This document shows positions 11,900-22,148 of a DNA stretch of 64,000 nucleotides, piece by piece (positions within the stretch are counted from its first letter, which is position 1; each line of letters starts with the position of its first letter). The DNA is from Acanthaster planci. Its lineage: Eukaryota. The DNA lies in contig NW_019091358.1 in NCBI RefSeq assembly GCF_001949145.1, positions 2,660,535 through 2,724,534 on the forward strand, in the 5' to 3' direction. The position numbers and the translations under genes are program-made. The notes under the pieces are model-generated. The model ran no database searches and was not told the origin of the DNA. It worked only from the letters and a program-made list of their open reading frames with translations.

Positions 11900-12160
11900 G
11901 GATGTACATGTACGTACATGTACATGTACATCTACATGTAGAGTACACTATTCTGAACATGTACAGTACATGTGCATGTTACTTACATGTACAATGTACA
12001 TGTACGTCGCAAGGACAAACCGTGCCTTGACGTACAAGTGTACTGTATGCGAGCACCAACAAAGCCAACGCACCCTGCACAGAATGTATTAATATAATGT
12101 ACAGTGTACTGTACATGTACATTCTACAGCTACATTGTAATGTACATGTACATGTACGAG
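11900..12160. repeat. TACATG/TGTACA low-complexity tract
   Basis: Dense overlapping TACATGTACA words; similar tracts near 44520-44920, 45180-45290, 53010-53200 and 61320-61650. Confidence 0.75.
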
Positions 12161-13592
12161 CAAGCGCAGGTGCAGCAGGTTTCGTGTATGCCGACGTGCT
12201 ACGAGACTGCTGCATGTTTGGGCTTCAGTGCGGATCTTGCCGTGGAGACATGAACCACCGTGGTGATCAGATACGATCTCGAGGAAAAACTAAAGGCTAG
12301 CTACACATTTTTATTTTTTTCGGATTAGGGATCCGCTGACCTTTTTGGAGGGAGGCAGATACAATCTAGTTGTGCCAGTTTTTAATGTTGTTTTAGCAGT
12401 GTCAGAAAAATTATAAACTTAACGGCTAACAGTACCTAAGCCACATTTGCTTAACTTGATGCTTATATGGCTTGTAGTCAATTTCTTTATTTACAAAGAA
12501 AACAGATGCTGATGTAAACTCCGATGTGACTTTTTTATTCCATCTATAGACAGTACCTCCTTTAATACTCAAAATAAAAAAGTCTAACATTCATTATTCT
12601 AATTATGGTTGTAAGGAGACCCAGCTTAGCCATTGTATAAAATTCAAGTCGTGTACCCATTTCATCAGATGTCTGTTAACTTAATTTCAAGACATTCTCA
12701 GTCCAGTCTGAAAAGCTGGACGAATTGCATGTGGCAAAACATTTCGGCCTATTCACTTTGACTTCATGCATAGATGCGGATCAGATAGAATTAGATTCAG
12801 ATTCTAGGCCTACCAACTGAAAATATTTGGCTTGTGATTCTGGAAGTGTTGGGAACTATCTCCCTCCCAAAAAACTTGAAAGGCCGGTTCACTCTTCTCA
12901 CAAAAGTGAACATAAATGCCAATTTGTAAGGCCAGTTCAAATAATCGTGCTGCGATTTCGCGAAAGTTGAGCACATTTCAGCTCGAGTAAAATTTTGCTG
13001 CCAAACTTTCGTGACTTCCGAAGGCCTCGTATGAGCCAGCCGTTAAGCGTCTTGCCCAAACCTTCCAAGGTTTTGCAGATATTCTCACTGGTTTAATACG
13101 AGGCCGAAAGATTTTCTCCGCCAGAAACCGTCCTTCTAAATTCCAAGTCTGTAATTTTCAGTCAAATTATAGTCATAAACACGGACGGCTTTGATGTTTC
13201 CTCAGATTTTATTGAAATATTTTTTTAGATCATTTAACATCCTCTAATTTGTCACATTTTCAATAAATCTTAAAGGGTGAAAACAAAAACTCAAAAAAGC
13301 AAACCAAAAACACAAACTGACTTACAGAAACTAGTCCCTCTCCATTTAGAAATGATCGGCCTTTGGCTGATAAATCCTCCACGAAGATGAGAACGTTCTT
13401 AAGGGGCGGGGATAGATCCGAAAAGAAGAGGTGTGGTTGGGGTGGTGATATAGAATTCAGTCTGCTCACAATGATTCAACCAAAGGTAAAATATCTGGAA
13501 GTAACCTGTAGGGTTATAAAATTGATTTACATTTTTGGAGTGTACCGGATTTTTCACACACCCCCGCATACCCCCTGTACGTTTTTACCCTT

Positions 13593-13665
13593 AATTTGAC
13601 AGCTCATTTGGCACAGCGGTGGACAGTAGCATGCATGCGTGATCCATAGGTCGCTGGTGCAAATG
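13593..13665 (+). pseudogene. Degenerate tRNA-Tyr pseudogene
   Basis: AGCTCATTTGGCACAGCGGTGGACAGTAG-[short intron]-ATCCATAGGTCGCTGGTGCAAAT: recognisable Tyr body with broken A/B boxes and no acceptor stem. Confidence 0.75.
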
Positions 13666-14177
13666 TTCAACCTAATGTTTCCAGCATCTGTATACCCTCT
13701 CTGTCTCTTTGAAGGTAAATGACGGCCATGCGGTAGAATAGGCCTATCCAGCGGGGAGGAGAGCTGGGAAGTTGTTCCCCACCGGCCGTGTTGTAATTCT
13801 TTTGTTAAATTGAAAGCGGCAATGTTTTAAAACAGTACTAACGCCTTTCTTTATGGGGGTGAGGATTATTTTATGGATGAAAAATTTGGACAGTTTTTTT
13901 AGCAAAAAAAAATTCTACTCCCCCAACCCAAGACCTGGATACTGGTGACAATATAGATTTAAGGCGTGGACATGTATTGTAGTCTGTAAGGTTGTTAATT
14001 AGGTTGCTACTATTGGCTCGACTTCAGGGCAACTGAACTAAAAATTTAGATGTTTTTTTCACGTTCTTCACTGACGATTTCGTTTTCTTGATCATGGTAC
14101 CGTAACAATAATACCCATTGTACAAATTGCACTGGAAACTATATGAACTAAGGCCACTGTAAATGATGGGATGATGC

Positions 14178-14191
14178 GTTACCATGGTAAC
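14178..14191. promoter_or_regulatory. Perfect palindromic RFX X-box-like motif
   Basis: GTTACCATGGTAAC matches the RFX consensus GTNRCCATGGYAAC; motif match only. Confidence 0.35.
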
Positions 14192-14535
14192 TAGATTCGT
14201 CTATATCGGGGGTTAATGTCTAATTTGAACCCAAATTCGTAGGTTAAAAACTTGTTTGTTGTACTAACTTCTCAGACTAGTAAGCTCACTCGGTAGACAA
14301 CCAGACTACGGTCATGTGTCTGGTCCCATCATACCATGCGCGCATTTTGGGACGATATACCCTCACTTTTAGATTGATAAAAAAAAGAAATCACTCTGAA
14401 AGATTTTCATAGTTAGGTTACATTCACAGACGTGGGTGTTACATAAGCCAAACACTCAGTTTCTTGACAAATTTGCAGGCCCAGAAACACAAGACTCTAT
14501 AATAGTTTGCAAATACCTCAAGGTAGTCTCTGTCA

Positions 14536-14646
14536 CCTTCGATAGCTTAGTTGGTAGAGCGGAGGACTGCAGGAATTAAAGCCGGCCGTAAGTAACGCTG
14601 ACCCGCATGAATCCACAGGTCGCTGGTCCGCATTCGGCTCGAAGGA
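14536..14646 (+). pseudogene. tRNA-Tyr-derived copy with GCA anticodon, probably a pseudogene (38-nt intron)
   Basis: Tyr acceptor stem CCTTCGA/TCGAAGG-A; anticodon GCA at 14569-14571; A-A mismatch in the anticodon stem; B-box degraded to GGTCCGCATTC. Confidence 0.75.
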
Positions 14647-14998
14647 TTTATTTTTTTTTTAGCTTCTTGAGTCAGATTAAAAGAAGGAAACTGCTTTTCC
14701 TACAAGACCCATATCGCTGAATTAATCATCAACATTATTTTTCTTTCAGAACACAAAATAAACTTCATGTTTTATCCTGGAGTTGCAAGCTTGCATATAA
14801 TTTTTAGTTTCCACGTGAAAGAAAACACTGCCGTTTGCATGAAATGTATTTGTATCAGCAAGTAAGGGTTGAGTGCGTATTTTTGTGGGAATGATATAAC
14901 TTGTGGATAAGAGGAGACAATAGTTGGCAAACACTTTACTAGTCAAGAAATACAGGAACTCCAGCATAGTTAAAAAAATTTCGTAAATTTGGATGGCT

Positions 14999-15107
14999 CC
15001 TTCGGTAGCTCAGTTGGTAGAGCGGTGGACTGTAGAAAATAAGTACCCGAAGGAAGTGCAGTCCCGCATGAATCCATAGGTCGCTGGTTCGAATCCGGCT
15101 CGAAGGA
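14999..15107 (+). tRNA. tRNA-Tyr(GTA), 36-nt intron (15036-15071)
   Basis: Intact cloverleaf, A and B boxes, T-rich terminator. Confidence 0.94.
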
Positions 15108-15268
15108 TTTCAAACTTTTCTTTTTCGTTTTCTTGATTCATTCATTTTCTTGATTCATTCGTTGCCTACAAGACTCCTTTTTCTGAAAACAAACTTTTAT
15201 TTTTATTTTTCTTTCAGAACACAGAATTAATTGGGTGTGTATTTTCATGGGAATGATATAACTTGCAG

Positions 15269-15429
15269 NNNNNNNNNNNNNNNNNNNNNNNNNNNNNNNN
15301 NNNNNNNNNNNNNNNNNNNNNNNNNNNNNNNNNNNNNNNNNNNNNNNNNNNNNNNNNNNNNNNNNNNNNNNNNNNNNNNNNNNNNNNNNNNNNNNNNNNN
15401 NNNNNNNNNNNNNNNNNNNNNNNNNNNNN
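15269..15429. other. Assembly gap
   Basis: Run of N. Confidence 1.
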
Positions 15430-15587
15430 CCACATAGCGCCTACAATCTAAAATGGCCTAGACCCCACAGCGTAAAGGCTGCGCTCTACGCGCTCGCAGG
15501 CATTTTACCATTTCTGCTTTCGTTCACACCCCCGTTTGGAAAATCGGGAATCACGCCCCCTTTGGGAAAATCCTGTATCGACCCCTG
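15430..15587. mobile_element. 3' part of the CAGGGG-TIR MITE (5' part hidden in the gap)
   Basis: Nearly identical to 17216-17372, including the flanking ATATTCACAG. Confidence 0.75.
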
Positions 15588-15705
15588 ATATTCACAGACT
15601 TGGGTGTCAACGTTTGTCAGAAACTAGGTTTCTTGACAACTTTGCGGGTCATGACATACAGGAACTCCACCATACATGTAGTTTGAAAAAATTCCGTAGA
15701 TGGTA

Positions 15706-15816
15706 CCTTCGATAGCTCAGACGGTAGAGCGATGGACTGTAGGAATTATGGCCGGTCGTAGGTAGTGCAGACTTGCACGTATCCATAGATCGCTGGTTCG
15801 AATCCGGCTCGAAGGA
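15706..15816 (+). tRNA. tRNA-Tyr(GTA) variant, 38-nt intron
   Basis: All stems pair (ATGGA/TCCAT anticodon stem) and the B-box is intact; variant D-loop (AGACGGTA) and variable loop (AGATC). Confidence 0.8.
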
Positions 15817-16205
15817 TTTAAATCTTTTTCTTTTTCATTTTCCTGATTCAGATTAAAAGAATTAATGTAGGAAACTGTGTTGCCTACAAGACATTCATTT
15901 ATGAAAAAACCTCAAACATTATTTGTTTTTCAGAACACAGAATTAATTGGGTGTGTATTTTCATGGGAATGATATAACTTGCGGATAAGAGGAGACAAGA
16001 ATTGGCAAGCATGGTTAGGGGAATCGCTATATTGGAGTCAGATCTCGACACTGTTTCCGAGCAGAGAGGGCTTCGCCAGCTCAACGCTTTAAAGACCAGA
16101 ATTCGTAATTTTCAGACACTCTGCTTCGACTTGGAAGAAAGTGATCGACACCATGGGTATTTCAATGTCAAACAAAGGCTAGGCCTCGCTTTGGTGGTGG
16201 ACGAA

Positions 16206-16278
16206 GCTCTGTAAAGTCAGTCGGTAGAACATCAGACTTTTAATTCTTAAGGTCAATGGATCAAGTCCCGGAGCGGGA
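16206..16278 (+). pseudogene. Degenerate tRNA-Lys(TTT) pseudogene
   Basis: TCAGTCGGTAGAACATCAGACTTTTAATTC...GGTCA..GGATCAAGTCCC aligns to the intact Lys gene at 23108; stems broken. Confidence 0.7.
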
Positions 16279-16587
16279 AAACTTGGCTAAATAATACATA
16301 CTCTGAGTTTTGTAATGTTGGTCTTCTATCACATTAAAAAAAAATCGTTTGCCAAGAATTTTTGCCCAAGAATCGTTTGCCCAGAATTAATTGGGTGTGT
16401 ATTTTTATGGGAATGATATAACTTGCGGATAAGAGGAGACAAGAATTGGCAAGCATGGTTAGGGGAATCGCTATATTGGAATCAGATCTCGACACTGTTT
16501 CAGAGCAGAAAGGTCTTTTTTAGGGAGGTGACAAATAATGGGGAACATGACTCTTCACGAAAAATATGTATATAAACAAAAGATGTT

Positions 16588-16876
16588 TTAGTTAAGGATT
16601 TTTTTGCGGTTACACCATGTACAATATTCTCTTTTATGAGTATGTGTGGTTCTGAGAAGAACCGGTTTACTCTCGACAGTACACCGTACACACAGTTACA
16701 CCGTTGTACACACAGTTACACAGTTACACCATGTACAATATTCTCTTTTATGAGTATGTGTGGTTCTGAGAAGAACCGGTTTACTCTCGACAGTAAACCG
16801 GTTCTTCTCAGAACCACACATACTCATAAAAGAGAATATTGTACATGGTGTAACCGCAAAAAAAATCCTTAACTAA
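16588..16876. repeat. Long near-perfect palindrome with an extra direct copy of one arm
   Basis: Arm GTTACACCATGTACAATATTCTC...GAACCGGTTTACT occurs twice forward (from ~16609 and ~16723) and once inverted after a 6-nt CTCGAC loop; outer ends TTAGTTAAGGATTTTTTTGCGG / CCGCAAAAAAAATCCTTAACTAA. Confidence 0.92.
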
Positions 16877-17068
16877 TTGTCGATCCGCCATGCAAACCTT
16901 CAAGCGCTACCTAACAAAAGATGTGATTAATTATTGCTAGTCAAATTCCGAAGTTTTCATGTTCTTGATGAAAATATTTGAGATTCACAAGGGATTCAAG
17001 CCATGCTCCATTATCTGCTCAGTATTTTGGAATATCATGCTATTCATCTTCACGTATTAGGTTATATT

Positions 17069-17372
17069 CAGGGGCGGTACCAAGGGGGCGTGGGGGCGCA
17101 CGCCCCCTTTTTTCACAAAAAAATATATATAAATGCATAAATCTTAAAAAAGAGGAAATAGATGGAGGGAGAAGAAGGAGAAAAAAACGAGGGGTCATAG
17201 TGCCTAAAATGGCACCACATAGCGCCTACAATCTAAAATGGCCTAGACCCCACAGCGTAAAGGCTGCGCGCTACGCGCTCGCAGGCATTACACCATTTCT
17301 GCTTTCGTTCACACCCCCGTTTGGAAAATCGGGAATCACACCCCCTTTGGGAAAATCCTGGATCGACCCCTG
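17069..17372. mobile_element. MITE (~304 bp), CAGGGG...CCCCTG termini, 5-bp TSD ATATT
   Basis: ATATT|CAGGGGCGGTACCA ... TGGATCGACCCCTG|ATATT; uninterrupted paralogous site at ~14413-14440 (TTAGGTTACATTCACAGACGTGGGTGT). Confidence 0.8.
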
Positions 17373-17467
17373 ATATTCACAGTCTTGGGTGTCAACGTTT
17401 GTCAGAAATTTCGCAAGTCCGGAATTTCGGGAACTCTGTCATAGTTTGAAAAAAATCGACACCGTGA

Positions 17468-17503
17468 ATCCATAGGTCGCTGGTTCGAATCTGGCTCAAA
17501 GGA
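17468..17503 (+). pseudogene. Isolated 3' exon of a tRNA-Tyr gene
   Basis: ATCCATAGGTCGCTGGTTCGAATCTGGCTCAAAGGA with no 5' half upstream; downstream flank matches that of the 14536 copy. Confidence 0.8.
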
Positions 17504-17854
17504 TTTATTTTTTTTTAGTTTCTTGAGTCAAATTAAAAGAAGGAAACTGCTTTCCCTACAAGACCCATATCGCTGAATTAATCATCAAACATTATTTTTC
17601 TTTCAGACCACAAAATAAACTTCATGTTTTATCCTGGAGTTGCAAGCTTGCATATAGTTTTTAGTTTCCACGTGAAAGAAAACACTGCCGTTTGCATGAA
17701 ATGTACTTGTATCAGCAAGTAAGGGTTGAGTGTGTATTTTTGTGGGAATGATATAACTTGTGGATAAGAGGAGACAAGAATTGGCAAGCACTTTGTTAGT
17801 CAAGAAATACAAGAACTCCAGCATAGTTAAAAAAAATCGGGACACTGAATGGCT

Positions 17855-17963
17855 CCTTCGGTAGCTCAGTTGGTAGAGCGGTGGACTGTAGGAATTAAGG
17901 GCCGGTAGGTTAAGCAGTCCCGCATGAATCCATAGGTCGCTGGTTCGAATCCGGCTCGAAGGA
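17855..17963 (+). tRNA. tRNA-Tyr(GTA), 36-nt intron
   Basis: Mature sequence identical to the 14999 copy; intact boxes. Confidence 0.94.
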
Positions 17964-18660
17964 ATTATCTTTTCTTTTAGATTAAAACTCTGGAATTGCC
18001 TTGCCTACAAGGCCCTTATCTCTGTATTAGTCACCACACATCAATTTCCTTCAGAATTTCCTTTCTTTCCAGAATTTATTTCATGTTTTTTCCTTGAGTT
18101 GCAAGTAGTGTAACATTGCAACAATTTCGGGATTAAAAGCAAACTTTTGGTGTTATCAGATGAAAAGACCAAAATGTATTACTTCATCACCGCTGGTGTT
18201 ACTTTATACACATACAAGAGTTAAAATGCACTGGAGGGTGTTAAAAGTAACACCAACAGCTTTGAAATAACACCAAAAATTTTAACACAGGTGGAATGTA
18301 TTGGATTGGTCCTCTGATAACGCCAGGCTTTTTGTCGTGATTTGTTATGATTTTATTGTGATTTTTTTCCAAGTGAAACATTCTGCACGTTTGAATGCAT
18401 TGTAATTATTTTGTAAACAGGTATTGGGGCGAGCACAGTATAGTCCACAAACGTGGCGAGCTTCGACGTTCACTTGACTTTCTTCACACAACGTTACCAA
18501 GCCTCTTTCTTGAAAAACGTAGAACTCCTTTGGCTAAAAACTTGCACTATTACTTTCATGATACACGGTGTTGAACCTTTGTGAATAATTTCAGGGTCAT
18601 GAAATTTCCTTCGAAATCCAAAGTTTCGGCGTCCGGACATTGGGCTCAAATTAAGATGAG

Positions 18661-18923
18661 TGTTCCCTAACGTGGCGCACTTGAAAAAAATCTCAGAAAA
18701 TCCCACATAAACATTTACAAAATCCTTTGAAGTTGATAAATCCTTGTAAATCACCATTACTGCCACTCCGAAAACCATCCACATGTTTGTGGGAATTTTT
18801 TTCCCTATTTGGGCACATTTTTGAAGAGTTCATTTCGCATATCGGAAAAAAATCTGAGCAAAAAAATATTGCTCTGTTAAGACACAATAGTCGGAAAGTG
18901 AAAGTGCGCTACGTTAGGGTACA
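18661..18923. mobile_element. MITE-like element with 22-bp inverted termini
   Basis: TGTTCCCTAACGTGGCGCACTT versus AAGTGCGCTACGTTAGGGTACA (20/22 complementary); TSD not evident. Confidence 0.6.
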
Positions 18924-19991
18924 TCAACAACACAAACATCCTTAGTTGTAAGCGATGGACTTCAGTCATAACGCGTGATGTCAAGCGCCATCGTTTTCAA
19001 ATCCGGCTTGTAGCGAAGTTTTTTTTTTATTTTCTTGTTTTGACAAAAAGGTTTGTACATTGGGTGCAATAATGGTGAAAGCTTGATTTGAACATGGCTC
19101 AAAGTGATCTCTGTCCAATTTGTTTTCACGGGCAAACATTTCATAGCGTTGTTATAAATAGCACTGATGAGCAGCCGTATAAAAACGGGCTTATCCGATA
19201 CCACCGCGCTTAATTTTTGCTCGCTTGTTCAAAACTACACGAACAGTGGACGAAGCTTGCGTTTTCTTGCTTATAGGTATCTGGTTCGTCTCTGGCTCAA
19301 ATGAATTAACCTTTCCCTGTTCTCAAGGCCCATATTCTGTATCGGCCTTACAGAGCTTGGATGGAAGCCGCCGCCTCATCCCCATCGATATTTCATTCGA
19401 TATCGCCGCAGTGCATTTTTTCAGAAGCTGAGCCTTTCGAAGTTTTTAGAGTAACTCGTTTCGGTCATTTTGACACCAATTTTGAGGAAATCGAATACAA
19501 TGGTCTTGCGTAGAGTGAATTTTTCAGAGAAAGGTCAGCCAAAATTATATTGGCTATATTTTGGGTATATTTTTCTATTTCGGTTCTCAATGTAAGCGGG
19601 CTACCGCGCATGTAGCCTGTAGCTTCAAATGGCCACAAGACGAAAAAACATACGTTTGATTGAGTTCAAACGTCCGATTTGTAATGATAGGGATTTTTTT
19701 CACATACTTGCATGCTAAGCATTAAAATACTCAATTGCGGCACAGCCGAGTTGGGGGGGGGGCAGAATTCCACCCCGGCTATGAGATGGGCCAAAATAAC
19801 CCGGCTCTGGTAGGTTAAATCAAACATAATTTTCTGTCAGAACATGAAATTAACTTCATGCAGGCCTACCATATTATCCAGCACTTTTGTAAACTTTAGT
19901 TCTTTTCTTGTTTCCTAATCGAAAACTTGTACCTTTACATGAACTAAAATTATAATACTAGCAAATATAAGGTCCAGTTCAAAACGTACAT

Positions 19992-20080
19992 CCTTCGATA
20001 GCTCAGTTGGTAGAGCGGTGGACTGTAGTCAAGTGCAAGCATGCATCCATAGGTCGCCGGTTCAATTCCGGCTCGAAGGA
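19992..20080 (+). tRNA. tRNA-Tyr(GTA), 16-nt intron
   Basis: CCTTCGA/TCGAAGG-A; GCCGG/CCGGC T-stem with TTCAATT loop; TTTTT terminator. Confidence 0.94.
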
Positions 20081-22031
20081 GTGCTGCTTTTTGACAAGTG
20101 CTTTACATTCGGACAACAGAACCATATTTTTTCACTTCTACTCGTATGTGACAGTTTCACGTACTTATTCACATACGTACGGAAATAATTTTATGCATGT
20201 GGTGGTAAATGTTTCCGTACAGATTGGACCGTATTAACGTACATGTACTTAGAATCCAGGAACGAGCGGCCTGAGGTTTGCCCAGGCTTGTTTGCGCAAA
20301 TGTCCTGCGTAACAGCGGCAAGGCGAGAAGTTATGATTAACAGAGAAGCCAGGCAACATTAATCACCTTGCTTACCGCGAGATCGGGCTGCCAATTAAAC
20401 AGGACCCAAAAGATGGTGTTCTCCAGCAAAATCTTTCAAACTGATTTCTTATACATGTATTTGTAACAACGGCACCGTGATGTGAGTGTGTGTGATCCAT
20501 CTTTGTGATCCAGCAGAGGCGTACATCTCCTTTTTGATACAAGATGAAAAATGGTACTTTACAGATTCTATTTCCGTCACGACCCTTATTTAGACAGGTG
20601 TGCGTTCTCATGCTGTTTAATAACTCAGAGTAAAAATCGCACAATCGCATTCCGCAAAGTTGAAATAGTGTATAGGCTAACAAAAACAATGCACCGGTGA
20701 GTGTAGGACATTGGTTTGGGTTGTTTCCACCCCTTCAGCCATCAAAAATTAGAAATTAAAGCAAAACAACAAAAAACGGCAGTCCTGTTCAAAAACCTCC
20801 TTGACAGTTATTTCCCCGCCCCTTGAGCCAAACCTTAAGCCGACTTTTGCTATGTTAACCATCTTGATATCAAGCAGGAGCTTGTTTGCAGACGCCTGCG
20901 TCGATGAAGAAGGGGTATTGTCTATTATTTTCACGGTGCCTCTCAGTTCGCTTCTAAACGGTGGTGTCAAAATGACGGAAACCATCCAGAGGAAAGGGTG
21001 GATCCAGAACCATGTGAGGGACAGGGGGAGGGGGGCAATTCTGGGTGGTGAATTGGGAATTTCTTCCGGTAATCTTTTATTGCCTTCAGAGGGTTGAGTC
21101 TAAATTTCGGGGCGTTTTGCACGCTTTTTGAAGGAGGGAAAAAAGAAATAATCCCCCTTCAAATTGCTACACGACGACAATTCCTCCTTGGAAGTACCCC
21201 CCGCCCCATTTGCCAGTGTTTAATAATTGCTGGTATGGAAAGGTATCAATTAATTTTGGGTATTTATTTATTTATTTATTTGGAGGAATGATATTAAATG
21301 AATACATGAGGAGACAAGAACGGGCATGCGCGGTACCGGTTGGAAAGACGTTTATAGCAGAGCTGGTGGGCTTTACTGGTTCAACGTTTTTACGGTGAGA
21401 ATTACACTACTCAACAAACGTCACGTCAAGGGCCACTTTTTTTATCTTGTTTTTTTTTCTAAGCAATGAGCTTTCTTTTCTTTCTTTTTTTTTTTGTCTA
21501 AATGGTGTTCTCATTGGAATCAAAAATTTGAAAATGTGCAATGTTGCAAGAGACATTCAGCAGTAAAACATCTCATATAAAAAGTATACACGAAATAAAA
21601 AGGGGTCCTTGACGTTTTTGAGTAGTGTGCTTACTGAGGAAATAAATAGGTGCCTGGCCGGTCTTAAACGTTTGGATCAGGAGAATGGACGCCAAAAATA
21701 CCTGAGCCGAATGGGCATTTTCGGCATTGGGCCAGTATTAAACACTTCTTGTATACGTACCTTCCCTGGCTTAACTTGCTATGAAACAGGGTAGGCATAC
21801 ACACTTCCATTAACTTTATATAGTTCCGTTTGTGACCCAGCAATACTTATAACACGTGTTTTGGGTGCGCTTTGCGTCACACTGTGTGGTATACAAACTT
21901 GCAGAGATTGTTTCTCTGAAGGAATGAAACTGAACGCGTTCAACGAATACGGATCCAGAGCGGACCAAAACGTTTTCGTGAAAAGACGGTGGTGGTTTTC
22001 ACTCTGCCAAAAACGCCAATCAACGGTGTGT

Positions 22032-22148
22032 CCTTCGATAGCTCAGTTGGAAGAGCGGTGGACTGTAGGCAGGTCTTGGTACGATTAAAAGCACGGTACG
22101 TTACCGGCAAAAATCCATAGGTCGCTGGTTCGAATCCGGCTCGAAGGA
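22032..22148 (+). tRNA. tRNA-Tyr(GTA), 44-nt intron
   Basis: Intact cloverleaf and boxes; T-rich terminator. Confidence 0.93.

Larger units (their letters stand above)
17466..17965 (+). repeat. Local duplication of ~14610-15110 (tRNA 3' half + spacer + tRNA-Tyr)
   Basis: Near-identical spacers; the spurious ORFs at 14746-14967 and 17603-17845 are almost the same peptide. Confidence 0.9.

Noticed and set aside
14746..14967. Duplicated 73-80 aa ORFs (also 17603-17845) suggesting a small gene family
   Set aside because: Similarity comes from the DNA duplication of tRNA spacers; no credible ATG start, splice structure or recognisable domain.
17468..17503. Split or trans-spliced tRNA half
   Set aside because: No A-box or complementary leader, substitutions in the stems, and a simple deletion explains it.
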